A program made the translations under genes and the position numbers. The notes below the pieces were generated by a model. It did no database searches, was not told where the DNA came from, and saw only the letters and a program-made list of their open reading frames with translations. A stretch of DNA of 64,000 bases, taken from the NCBI GenBank assembly GCA_033763455.1, contig JANRKO010000062.1:32001-96000 (forward strand), read 5' to 3'. Below are positions 27,862 through 36,845 of the stretch, one piece after another (position 1 is the first letter of the stretch; each line of letters opens with the position of its first letter). The stretch comes from Polyangiaceae bacterium. Lineage in GTDB: Bacteria > Myxococcota_A > Polyangia > Polyangiales > Polyangiaceae.

Positions 27862-28685
27862 TGGATGCGCTGGTTTTCCTGGGGCCAGCGCTGGCCATTT
27901 GCCTCGTAATTGCCAGCCTGCATGTCTATTTGGGCATGCACGTTTTGGCTCGTGAGGTCATTTTTGTGGATCTTTCCTTAGCGCAATTGGCGGCACTTGG
28001 GGCCACAGTTGCGGCGTTGCTTACCTCCGAAGAAGAGCCCGGGTGGCAAGCTCACGCGTTGGCTCTGGCGTTCACGATCTTGGGCGCCGCGTTGTTTGCG
28101 TTTACGCGCCGCGCGCGAAAGCAGGTGTCTCAGGAAGCCATCGTTGGGATTGTGTACGCGGTTGCGAGCGCCGTCACGGTGTTGGTTGTCAGCCACTCGC
28201 CCCATGGTGCTGAGCATATCAAAGATATCTTGGTCGGTTCGTTATTGAACACCACCTGGGCAAACGTGTGGCAGACAGCCGCAGCCTATGTGGTGTTGGG
28301 CGCCGTGCAGCTGGCCCTAGCAAAACGCTTCATCACCATTTCCTGGCAACCAGACGAAGCGGAGGCTGCGAGCCGGTTTGTGGCGTGGTGGGATTTTGGG
28401 TTTTACGTGTTGTTCGGTTTGATGATCACGATCAGCGTTCAGTTTGCCGGGATCCTCTTGGTATTTTCGTATCTCATCGTGCCGGCGCTCATCACCCGGC
28501 TGTACCTGAACCGGCTACTTCCACGGCTGTTCGCTGGCTGGGGTGTGGCGACGGCCGGGAGCTTGCTCGGGCTCTCGGCCTCGTGGGTGTGGGATTTCCC
28601 AACGGGAGCGGCCATCGTTGCCGCGTTTGGCGCGCTGCTGGCTGTAGCAGCGTTGGGGCGCCTGCTGGCGCCCAGTCGGGCGTAA
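27858..28685 (+). CDS. Metal ABC transporter permease, ZnuB/MntB family
   Basis: YLGMHVLAREVIFVDL, EAIVGIVY and GILLVFSYLIVPA. ATGA overlap with the binding-protein gene. Confidence 0.88.
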   Translation: MMDALVFLGPALAICLVIASLHVYLGMHVLAREVIFVDLSLAQLAALGATVAALLTSEEEPGWQAHALALAFTILGAALFAFTRRARKQVSQEAIVGIVYAVASAVTVLVVSHSPHGAEHIKDILVGSLLNTTWANVWQTAAAYVVLGAVQLALAKRFITISWQPDEAEAASRFVAWWDFGFYVLFGLMITISVQFAGILLVFSYLIVPALITRLYLNRLLPRLFAGWGVATAGSLLGLSASWVWDFPTGAAIVAAFGALLAVAALGRLLAPSRA

Positions 28686-28693
28686 AACCCCGC

Positions 28694-29671
28694 TTACGGG
28701 TTGGAGGCGCCAGGCGTCACCTCGGGTGTCACAGAGAAGTTGCCGGTGCCATTGGGGCGGCGCCCGTAGCTGGTCGTTACATCCGCCGGGAAGTCGACTG
28801 CATCGAGCTGCGTTTGGCTGGAATTAAACAGGTAAATCGTCTCGCCTGAGTTGCTCACCGCGAACGTGCCTTTGTAGCACCCTTCCCCCACATCTTCACA
28901 CTGCGCAGCGGAGAGCGGGCCTGAACTATTGTTGTCACTCACTGCTAACAGTACCACGTAGTGCCCCGGTTGAAGCAGGGTTCCGTTCGGAAAGACGAAG
29001 GGATTCGCGAGGTCGGGCTCGTCGCTGTTAGTATCGGTTACAAGGTAACCACTCAGGTTTGCCACCGCATTGCCGGCGTTGTATAGCTCGACAAAATCAG
29101 GAGCATTGCCGCGAATCTCATTGATGACCACCTTGGGCATCAGAGCTTGTGCGCCACCGGTTCCGAACCCGCCGGAAGTTCCACCGCTAGCTGTGTTTCC
29201 GCCTGAGGAGTTGCCGCTCCCGCCGAGCCCGAGCTGGCCCCCGCTCGCGTTACCTCCTGTCGATGTGGCTCCACCACTTGCTCCTAGGTTGCCTCCGGTC
29301 GCTGAGTTGCTGCCACCCGTGTCGGGTCCCGCGTTGGTCCCGCCTGCTCCAAGTACGCCGCCAGTGCCGACGTTTGCTCCGCCTCCCGAACTCGGTGCCT
29401 CGGAAGGATTGCCGCCCGCGGAAGGTGTTGGATTAGCGGAGCCTCCCAGGCTTGGCGAAAAGCCTCCGCTGCCCGCTCTCACGCCGCCGGTTCCGCTAGC
29501 GCCACCTGCTGAGGTTCCCGGTGTGTTCGGCAAAACACTCGGCGAAGTGAATGTCGCGTCAGGCGGGGTGCTGCAGGCCAGAAACCCGATGATGCCGAGA
29601 GCCAAGAGCGGCGTTGCGGGTGCCAGACGTTTTCGCGTTCCGCCGCGAGGGCGAAGGGACGGGGGCGCCAT
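28694..29671 (-). CDS. Lipoprotein with Gly/Ser linker and lamin-tail domain
   Basis: Lipobox FLAC, VVINEI...DFVELYN...LSGY.VTD, SNSGETIYL, SYGRRPNG and TPGASN. Confidence 0.8.
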   Translation of the reverse strand: MAPPSLRPRGGTRKRLAPATPLLALGIIGFLACSTPPDATFTSPSVLPNTPGTSAGGASGTGGVRAGSGGFSPSLGGSANPTPSAGGNPSEAPSSGGGANVGTGGVLGAGGTNAGPDTGGSNSATGGNLGASGGATSTGGNASGGQLGLGGSGNSSGGNTASGGTSGGFGTGGAQALMPKVVINEIRGNAPDFVELYNAGNAVANLSGYLVTDTNSDEPDLANPFVFPNGTLLQPGHYVVLLAVSDNNSSGPLSAAQCEDVGEGCYKGTFAVSNSGETIYLFNSSQTQLDAVDFPADVTTSYGRRPNGTGNFSVTPEVTPGASNP

Positions 29672-30024
29672 GATACGCGAATAAGCCACGAGATTTAGGT
29701 GGCGGCAAGGCGGGCCCCAACAGGGACGTTCTGACAGTTGCGGGGGCCCCGTGGGGTGAGATTCGGAACCCCGGCCGCCCTGGGTCGGGTAGAATGGCGG
29801 AAATCCTACGGTTGGGCTTCACGCTGAATTCAGCCAGGATTGCTGAAATAGTCCTAGGTTTCGGCGATTTGACCCCTCGCACAGCCAGCCCGAGGGGGTT
29901 CGGCGAAATAAGAATGGAACGCGGGGGCGGAATTCAGGGTACGGTGTTCGGAATAAGTGTACGCAGCTCTCGTTGCAGCCACTTTGGTGGCAACGGGCAG
30001 CGTATTTTCAAAGGCAGTGCAAAA

Positions 30025-30222
30025 GTGGCTGAAGGCAAAATCAAGAGAAAAACGGACCGCGGATTTGGTTTCATCGACACCGGCAGTGGGAAAGACTTGT
30101 TCTTCCACATGTCGGCTCTAGAGGGAGCTCGTTTCGAGGACCTAGAGGAGGGCCAGCGCGTGTCCTTCACTGAAGGTCAGGGGCAAAAAGGGCCCTGCGC
30201 AATCAGTGTTCGCCCTATCTGA
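30025..30222 (+). CDS. csp: Cold-shock domain protein
   Basis: RNP1 RGFGFI, RNP2 LFFH, L.EGQRVSF...GQKGP.A. GTG start at 30025. Confidence 0.92.
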   Translation: MAEGKIKRKTDRGFGFIDTGSGKDLFFHMSALEGARFEDLEEGQRVSFTEGQGQKGPCAISVRPI

Positions 30223-30254
30223 GCATTGGCTCGGTCGGGATCAACATTGGGTTG

Positions 30255-30294
30255 GAGCTAGACGGGGGCGCCTTGAGCGCGCCCGTCTAGACTC
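30255..30294 (+). terminator. Stem-loop downstream of csp (probable terminator or stabiliser)
   Basis: CTAGACGGG (30258-30266) pairs with CCCGTCTAG (30282-30290), inner GCGC/GCGC. No strong U-tract. Confidence 0.5.
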
Positions 30295-30533
30295 TCCTTA
30301 AGAAAATCGTAGCGGTACGGGGGAAGAGAAAGAGAACTGGTGGGGCGAGTGGGGAAATACTTGGGGGAAGACGCGGAACGAACCAGCGCTTGGGAGTGTG
30401 GTTGACCCAGGGTGGAGCGGAGAGCTTCTTGAGTCGGGCTTCGCTGGCTCTGCTGGCGGTGCCCCCCGTTGCCGGCATAGCATGGCGCCCGCCGAGAATA
30501 CGGCACCCCATCTCACAGCCATAGGAGTCAAAG

Positions 30534-31067
30534 ATGCCTAACGCATTTGCACATATCGAGCTTGCCACCGATGACGTGAAAGCAGCCAAAAAGTTCTACA
30601 AATCTCTGTTTGATTGGAACCTTAACGACCTCCCCGCGATGTCGTACACCATGATCGACGTTGGGGGCGGTACCGGCGGCGGCATGGCAAAGAAGCAGAT
30701 GCCCGAACAGCCGACGGCGTGGCTTCCATACGTGGAGGTAGCCGATGTGAAGAAGACACTTGCGAAAGCTGCAAAGGCGGGCGCCAAGGTCGTGCTTGAC
30801 TACCAAGAGATCGGTGAGATGGGTGCAATTGGCGTTTTCGTGGATCCGATGGGCGCGGGGCTCGGTATTTGGCAGAAGGGAGCCGGCGCACCGCCACCGC
30901 CCGCGACCAAAACGAAAGCTTCTAAGAAATCTGTGAAGGCGAAAGCCCCCGCTGAGAAACCTGTGGCTAAGAAAGCATCCGCGGCCAAAGCGGCGCCCGC
31001 CAAGGCACCCGCAGGCAAAGCTGCCCCTGCCAAAGGTTCAGCGAAAAAGGCCTCAAAAAAGCGCTAA
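30534..31067 (+). CDS. VOC (glyoxalase/bleomycin-resistance) protein with Lys/Ala/Pro-rich histone-H1-like tail
   Basis: HIELAT.D...AKKFY..LFDW, WLPYVEV.DV and DPMGAGLGIWQ. Tail KAKAPAEKPVAKKASAAKAAPAK... Confidence 0.88.
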   Translation: MPNAFAHIELATDDVKAAKKFYKSLFDWNLNDLPAMSYTMIDVGGGTGGGMAKKQMPEQPTAWLPYVEVADVKKTLAKAAKAGAKVVLDYQEIGEMGAIGVFVDPMGAGLGIWQKGAGAPPPPATKTKASKKSVKAKAPAEKPVAKKASAAKAAPAKAPAGKAAPAKGSAKKASKKR

Positions 31068-31084
31068 ATAGTGCGAAAGAGGGC

Positions 31085-31124
31085 GGGCTGGCTGCCGGTA
31101 GCTTAACAGTGCCCAGGCCAGCCC
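31085..31124. terminator. Hairpin between convergent genes
   Basis: GGGCTGGC (31085-31092) pairs with GCCAGCCC (31117-31124). Confidence 0.4.
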
Positions 31125-31127
31125 TTG

Positions 31128-31574
31128 CTAGCCATCGACCGCATTGGGGAGCTCGTTCTTATCGGTAACCGCCTTGCGCGGGAAGTGGTGCGAGAGCTGA
31201 GCTCCTGCGGCGGAAATGGCAGCGACTAAACCCGCCGTGAACTCCCCACGCTTGAAGTGTTCGGTGAGGATGGCCGCGAGAGCCTCCCAGAACTCTTGCC
31301 CCACGTGGGCATGAATACCTTCATCGCCCAGCACCGCGAAGGCTCGGCGTGACGGCACCACGAAGAACAACACGCCGTTTCGATCTTGGGTCTTCGTCAT
31401 GCCGAGGCGCACGAATGCGCGATCTGCCGCACGCTTCACGTTGCCCCAAAAGTATGGCGCCAAAGACACACGGATTTCCCCCGAGGTCTGGAGTTCCGCT
31501 TGTGCTATCGCTTGTTGAATCAACTCGCGATCGACCCAAGTAGAGTTCTTCTTTCGACCAAACCACAGCATCAT
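31128..31574 (-). CDS. TPM-domain protein (short form)
   Basis: AE.QTSGEIRV, F..LGM.KT..RNGVL, GDEGIH and NELPN. Confidence 0.88.
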   Translation of the reverse strand: MMLWFGRKKNSTWVDRELIQQAIAQAELQTSGEIRVSLAPYFWGNVKRAADRAFVRLGMTKTQDRNGVLFFVVPSRRAFAVLGDEGIHAHVGQEFWEALAAILTEHFKRGEFTAGLVAAISAAGAQLSHHFPRKAVTDKNELPNAVDG

Positions 31575-31584
31575 AAAGCCTGCT

Positions 31585-32406
31585 TTACCATGAGCCCGAA
31601 GCGCCGCCGCCCCCCGAGCGTCCGCCCCCGCCACCACCAAACCCGCCTCCACCTCCACCAAATCCGCCTCCCCCGCGTCCGCCGCTAGTCAGCACCCAGA
31701 GTAGGCTAAGTGCGAGCGTCGGGTGAGTGACAGCGAGGAGCAAGAACCCAAGTAGCAGCAGACCAAGCACCACGAGCTGTGCCTTACCGGGGCCGCTCGA
31801 CTGAGCTGGATCTTCCGGCGGAAGGGCAGGAGGGCGGGCGGCAAACGGTTTGCCTGAAATGGCCTCCAACGTCGCGTCGATTCCGTCGGAAAGAGCCGCG
31901 CTTGTATCACCGGCACGAAGCTTCGGAACCATGACGTCGTTGATGATCCGCGCCGCTACGGCATCTGGCACCCGATCTTCGAGGCCATAGCCCACCTCGA
32001 TCGCGAGCTTTCTGTCTTGGGCTAACACCACCAATAAAAGTCCGTCGTCGAGCTTTTTGCGGCCCAGTTGCCAGCTCGCAAAAGTCTTTACCGCGAAGTC
32101 CCGCACCGGCAAGATGCCTGTGGTGGCCCCGATCCAAACCACCACCTGATGGCCAGTCTGATGCTCATAATCTGCCAACCGTTGGTTGAGTGTTTGCTCT
32201 ACTTCAGGGGGCAAAAGGTCAACGCTGTCGGTTAGCCATTGTGTGGGCGGAGGGGGAATTGGTGGCGCCCCCGCTTGGGCGACTACGGTCGACCCGAACA
32301 GCCCAAGCGCCAGAATGACCGCGATGAAACCGACCGCACGGACCCACCACGAGCGATCGCGCTTAGAAAGCAACTTTGGGTGCTCGTGCAGCGCCGGCAT
32401 CCGCAT
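31585..32406 (-). CDS. TPM-domain (YgcG/DUF477) membrane protein
   Basis: W.LGRKK.DDG.LL, IEVGYGLE..VPD and Gly-rich tail GGGRSGGGGASGSW. Start is uncertain. Confidence 0.88.
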   Translation of the reverse strand: MRMPALHEHPKLLSKRDRSWWVRAVGFIAVILALGLFGSTVVAQAGAPPIPPPPTQWLTDSVDLLPPEVEQTLNQRLADYEHQTGHQVVVWIGATTGILPVRDFAVKTFASWQLGRKKLDDGLLLVVLAQDRKLAIEVGYGLEDRVPDAVAARIINDVMVPKLRAGDTSAALSDGIDATLEAISGKPFAARPPALPPEDPAQSSGPGKAQLVVLGLLLLGFLLLAVTHPTLALSLLWVLTSGGRGGGGFGGGGGGFGGGGGGRSGGGGASGSW

Positions 32407-32974
32407 GGAAGTAGCCCTTCTCCTGAAAGCGGCTCCCAAAGAATGAGGCGATAAGTGCCGTGGGGAAGGTGTTGCGGGTGGTATTGAAGGCCCGGGTAGC
32501 TTCATTGAAGCGCATTCGTTCAACGGCAATACGGTTCTCGGTGCCTTCCAGCTGTGCTTGTAGGTCACGGAAATTCTGAGTCGCCTTCAGATCTGGATAC
32601 TTTTCGACAACCACCAATAAGCGAGCGAGCGACGACGAAAGCTGATTCTGCGCGTCTTCGAACTTTCGCAGTTCATTCGCATCCGCGGGCGCTCGGCCGG
32701 AGCCACTGCTTGAAACTGATGCGGCCCGGCTACGAGCTTCAGTGACCTCGGTGAACGTGCTCTTCTCGAATGCTGCGGCTCCCTTCACCGTCTCCACCAG
32801 GTTCGGCACCAGATCTAGGCGACGCTGATAAACGTTTTCCACCTGGGCCCACTGTGCCTGCACGCCCTGATCGAGCCCCACGAGGTTGTTGTAACTGGAA
32901 ACGGAACAGCCGGCAGGCAGGATTACGCACGCCGCCACCACCGCCAAAACAATCCATAGGGTTTTTGTCAACAC
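32363..32974 (-). CDS. lemA: LemA family protein
   Basis: YQRR.DLVPNLVETVKG, E.YPDLKA.QNF..LQ.QLEGTENRIAVER. SD AAGGAG upstream. Confidence 0.93.
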   Translation of the reverse strand: MLTKTLWIVLAVVAACVILPAGCSVSSYNNLVGLDQGVQAQWAQVENVYQRRLDLVPNLVETVKGAAAFEKSTFTEVTEARSRAASVSSSGSGRAPADANELRKFEDAQNQLSSSLARLLVVVEKYPDLKATQNFRDLQAQLEGTENRIAVERMRFNEATRAFNTTRNTFPTALIASFFGSRFQEKGYFHADAGAARAPKVAF

Positions 32975-33121
32975 TCGCTCCTTAAGCCCTGAAAAATGCT
33001 TGGTTCGAAACGTAAGGCGTGCCTTCGGGTCCGGCAAGGGCCGGGCGAGTTGATGCTGTAGAAACCGAAGTTCGCAGCGGTTGAAACAACGAGTTCATAT
33101 CGCGCGCGTAGCCTCGGGGGC

Positions 33122-35647
33122 ATGCTCGCCGTGCCAAATGTCTCGCCAAAGCCACCTGAAATCTTGCCATTCGACGGGTCGGACACCTCTGACTTCCAGC
33201 GGAGTGTTCTGAACCATGTGGTCTTCACGTGCGGCAAGGATGTGAAGGACGCCACACCTCGCGACTTCTATCGGGCTATGGCTCATTCGGTGAGGGACCG
33301 GCTGATTGGGCGCTGGCTGGCCACTCAGCGCGCTTATGACGTCGGGGACCACAAGCAAGTGCATTACTTCTCGTCGGAGTTCTTGACGGGGCGCAGCCTT
33401 GGCCTCTGTTTGCTGAACTTGGGCCTGTATGACGCGGCTGAGAGCTTCGCGCGGGAACGCGGTCTAGATCTCAATGCCGTGTTGGAGGCGGAAGGGGATC
33501 CGGGCCTTGGCAACGGGGGCCTGGGCCGACTCGCCGCGTGTTTCATGGATTCTTTGGCAACTCTGCAAATGCCCGCTGTAGGCTACGGAATTCGCTACGA
33601 TTTTGGGATATTTGAGCAGCACATTGTGGGGGGCGAACAGGTGGAAAAAAGGGATGGCTGGCTGGAGATGGAAAATCCCTGGGAATTGGCGCGCCACGAA
33701 GACGCGCAGCTCGTGAGGTTCTATGGCCGCACTCAACGCCATACGGATGAAAACGGGGAGACGCGCGTGGAATGGGTAGATGCCCGTCAGGTCATCGGCA
33801 TCCCGTTCGATTCTTTCATCACGGGGCACAAGACCCAGACGGTAAATACGCTCCGGCTGTGGGCGGCACGCGCCACGCAAGAGTTCAACTTGAACCTCTT
33901 TAACTCTGGTGATCACTGGCGAGCCGTCGAGGAAAAAGTGGATTCGGAGAATATCTCCAAGGTGCTTTACCCGGCTGACCAAACGGAACACGGTCGAGAG
34001 TTACGCCTAAAGCAGCAGTACTTTTTTGTCGCGTGCTCCGTCGCAGACATCGTAAAGCGCTACAAGCGCCGCCACAAAACCTTCAAGCACTTTCCGGATC
34101 GTGTGGCAGTGCAGATGAACGACACCCATCCGGCGATAACCGTGGCCGAGCTCATGCGTGTGCTGGTGGACGAGGAGCGTTTGCCGTGGGCTCAGGCCTG
34201 GGAAATTACGGTGAAAACGCTAGGTTATACCAACCACACCCTGATGCCTGAAGCTCTCGAAACGTGGCCGGTTGCCGTATTCGAGCGGCTTTTGCCGCGG
34301 CACCTAGAGCTCATTTACGAGATCAATCACCGCTTCTTGCGCGAGGTGCAGACACGCTGGCCACACGATGCCGCCCGTTTAGGCGAGCTTTCCATTGTGG
34401 ACGAAGGTGGTGGGCGGCGCATACGCATGGCTCACCTGGCCACCGTGGGTTCCCACAGCATCAATGGTGTCGCACGCCTGCATAGCGATCTTATCAAGAC
34501 GTCGCTATTCCCGGGCTTCCACGAACTTTGGCCCGAACGATTTAACAACAAAACCAACGGCATTACGCCCCGGCGCTGGCTTCTCTACGCTAACCCGGGG
34601 CTCTCACAGTTGATCACGGAGCTCATCGGAAGCACCTGGTGCGACAAAGATCTGATGGAGCTCGAACGCTTGCGTGAATTTCAAGGTGATGCGCACGTAC
34701 TCCAGAGGCTTTCAGCTATCAAACAGGAAAACAAGCGGGAGTTGGCACAGCTCATTAAGAAGACCCAAGGAATTTCACTTCGCGAAGACGCCATGTACGT
34801 GGTGCAGGTGAAGCGGATCCATGAATACAAGCGGCAATTGATGAATTGCCTGGAGATCATCGACTTGTACCTGCGGGCTAAGGAAGATCTCAGCGTGTTA
34901 AATGTGCCTCGGGTGTACATTTTTGCGGGAAAAGCTGCCCCGGCGTATTTTGTAGCCAAGCATCACATCAAGTTAATCTGTGACGTAGCCGACGTCATCA
35001 ACAGTGACCCAAGCCTGCAGGGGCGGCTAAAAGTAGTCTTTATTCCGAACTACGGGGTGAGCCTGGCGCAGCGCATTATCCCGGCGGCTGACGTCTCGAT
35101 TCAGATTTCTCTGGCTGGCAAGGAAGCGTCTGGCACAAGCAACATGAAATTCGCGCTCAACGGGGCACTTACTGTGGGCACTTTGGACGGTGCCAATGTG
35201 GAAATACGCGAAGAGGTTGGCGTCGAGAATTTCTTCCTTTTTGGGATGACCGCCGACGAAGTTTCAGACGCTTCGGCGCGGGGATATTCCCCGAGTGTTT
35301 GCATCGCGCGAAGTGATCGCTTGCGCGCAGTCGTCGAATTTTTGGAATCAGGATTCTTTAGTTTTGGGGATGCGGAAAGATTCAAATCAATCACTGAGTA
35401 TCTGCGCCACCACGATCCATTCATGGTATGTGCGGACTTCGATGCCTACCTTGAAGCCCAACGTGCGGTGGGTGAGTTGTTTGCCAAACCGTTGGCGTTC
35501 AGCAAGAAAGCCCTCCTGAATATTGCTGGAGCGGGTAAGTTCTCAAGCGACGCTACGATTCAGAACTACGTGGATGACATCTGGAAGCTCAAGCCGGTGC
35601 CGATCCCCGCAGCATCGGCAGGGGCAAGTATCTTGCCGGGTCGATAG
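33122..35647 (+). CDS. glgP: Glycogen/maltodextrin phosphorylase
   Basis: LGNGGLGRLAACF, LKQQYFF, NDTHP, NKTNGITPRRW, KRIHEYKRQ and EASGTSNMKF. Confidence 0.97.
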   Translation: MLAVPNVSPKPPEILPFDGSDTSDFQRSVLNHVVFTCGKDVKDATPRDFYRAMAHSVRDRLIGRWLATQRAYDVGDHKQVHYFSSEFLTGRSLGLCLLNLGLYDAAESFARERGLDLNAVLEAEGDPGLGNGGLGRLAACFMDSLATLQMPAVGYGIRYDFGIFEQHIVGGEQVEKRDGWLEMENPWELARHEDAQLVRFYGRTQRHTDENGETRVEWVDARQVIGIPFDSFITGHKTQTVNTLRLWAARATQEFNLNLFNSGDHWRAVEEKVDSENISKVLYPADQTEHGRELRLKQQYFFVACSVADIVKRYKRRHKTFKHFPDRVAVQMNDTHPAITVAELMRVLVDEERLPWAQAWEITVKTLGYTNHTLMPEALETWPVAVFERLLPRHLELIYEINHRFLREVQTRWPHDAARLGELSIVDEGGGRRIRMAHLATVGSHSINGVARLHSDLIKTSLFPGFHELWPERFNNKTNGITPRRWLLYANPGLSQLITELIGSTWCDKDLMELERLREFQGDAHVLQRLSAIKQENKRELAQLIKKTQGISLREDAMYVVQVKRIHEYKRQLMNCLEIIDLYLRAKEDLSVLNVPRVYIFAGKAAPAYFVAKHHIKLICDVADVINSDPSLQGRLKVVFIPNYGVSLAQRIIPAADVSIQISLAGKEASGTSNMKFALNGALTVGTLDGANVEIREEVGVENFFLFGMTADEVSDASARGYSPSVCIARSDRLRAVVEFLESGFFSFGDAERFKSITEYLRHHDPFMVCADFDAYLEAQRAVGELFAKPLAFSKKALLNIAGAGKFSSDATIQNYVDDIWKLKPVPIPAASAGASILPGR

Positions 35648-35702
35648 AGGGCTAAAGTTACCGCCCCTTCACGCAGTCAAAGTGCGTGGTAGCCTTCTCG
35701 GG

Positions 35703-36776
35703 ATGCGAATTCTGTACGGCGTGGTGGGTGAGGGCATGGGCCACGCGATGCGATCGCGTGTCATTCTGGAGCACTTGTTTGAGGCCGGGCATGAGGTTGA
35801 AATCATGGCCTCGGGGCGTGCTGCGGAGTTCCTACGCAAACGCTTCGCTGAGCGAGGTTGGGTACACCGTATTCATGGGATGCACATTGTGTACGACGAT
35901 AACCGCGTGCGAAAAGGGTCGACTCTTTGGTCGAACGTTGTAAGCGGGGTGGCGGCGTTGCCACGTCAGATAGCGGCCTACTTTGAGCTCATTGCCGATT
36001 TTAAGGCGGAGCTTGTAATCAGCGACTTTGAATCTTGGACCTACCATTACGCCAAAGTGCATCGGCTTCCGATCTTGAGCATCGATAACATGCAGGTGAT
36101 CCACCGCTGTAACCTGGATCCAGAGGTTATATCGGGTCACAAGAACGAATTCGAGCTCACCAAGGCATTCGTAAAAACCAAACTGCCCTTCTGCGACGAA
36201 TACTTGATCACCTCATTCTTTCGGCCTCCCGTACGCAAGCCTCACACTGAGCTTTTTCCTCCAATTCTGCGCCCGGAGATTTTAGCCACACACGTTTCAG
36301 AAGGTGAACATCTGCTGGTCTATCAGACCGCTGAAGGTGGGCATGAGCTCCTAGATACCCTCCAAAAAAGCGGTCTTGAATGTCGCGTGTACGGAGTGCG
36401 CCGGAACCTAACGGAGGAAGTGGTCGAGGGAAACTTGCGTTTTCGCCTATTTAGCGAAGCTGGGTTCGTGAGCGATCTGGCACAAGCGCGTGGCGTCATT
36501 GCGGGTGGTGGGTTCACGCTAATGGGGGAAGCGGTGTTTCTCAGGAAGCCGATGCTGGCGGTGCCGGTGCGGGGGCAGTTTGAACAGGTACTAAATGCTC
36601 GGTACTTGCACCTGCTGGGATATGGGCGTTACGCGGAGTCCCTGGCGGATCCGAGGCACGTAGCTGAGTTCATTGCCGCTATCCCGCGCTGTGCGGAGGC
36701 CCTTTCAGGTTATTCGCAACTAGGGAACTCAGAGATCTTAGCTGCGTTAGACGGCCACCTGGCGCGCCTAGGGTAA
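35703..36776 (+). CDS. MJ1255/VC2487-family glycosyltransferase
   Basis: MRILYGVVGEGMGHA.RS, ISDFE, GGFTL.GEA and QFEQ.LNA. Start trimmed to 35703. Confidence 0.85.
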   Translation: MRILYGVVGEGMGHAMRSRVILEHLFEAGHEVEIMASGRAAEFLRKRFAERGWVHRIHGMHIVYDDNRVRKGSTLWSNVVSGVAALPRQIAAYFELIADFKAELVISDFESWTYHYAKVHRLPILSIDNMQVIHRCNLDPEVISGHKNEFELTKAFVKTKLPFCDEYLITSFFRPPVRKPHTELFPPILRPEILATHVSEGEHLLVYQTAEGGHELLDTLQKSGLECRVYGVRRNLTEEVVEGNLRFRLFSEAGFVSDLAQARGVIAGGGFTLMGEAVFLRKPMLAVPVRGQFEQVLNARYLHLLGYGRYAESLADPRHVAEFIAAIPRCAEALSGYSQLGNSEILAALDGHLARLG

Positions 36777-36845
36777 GCCAACGAGCCCGGAGTTTAACCC
36801 ACGGCGGAGGGTGCTGATGCGCTCACGCCAGGCATTGAGTGCCCG

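Noticed and set aside
29150..29520. Gly/Ser/Ala-rich quasi-repeats (also 60-300 and 12900-13080)
   Set aside because: Ordinary low-complexity linkers of myxobacterial lipoproteins, not DNA repeat arrays.
29740..29800. GGGGTGAGATTCGGAACCCC resembles a reversed tRNA T-arm
   Set aside because: No cloverleaf, acceptor stem or CCA could be built on either strand.
33118..33138. TTGGCACG on the minus strand as a sigma54 promoter for lemA
   Set aside because: The GC is not at the required GG-N10-GC spacing.
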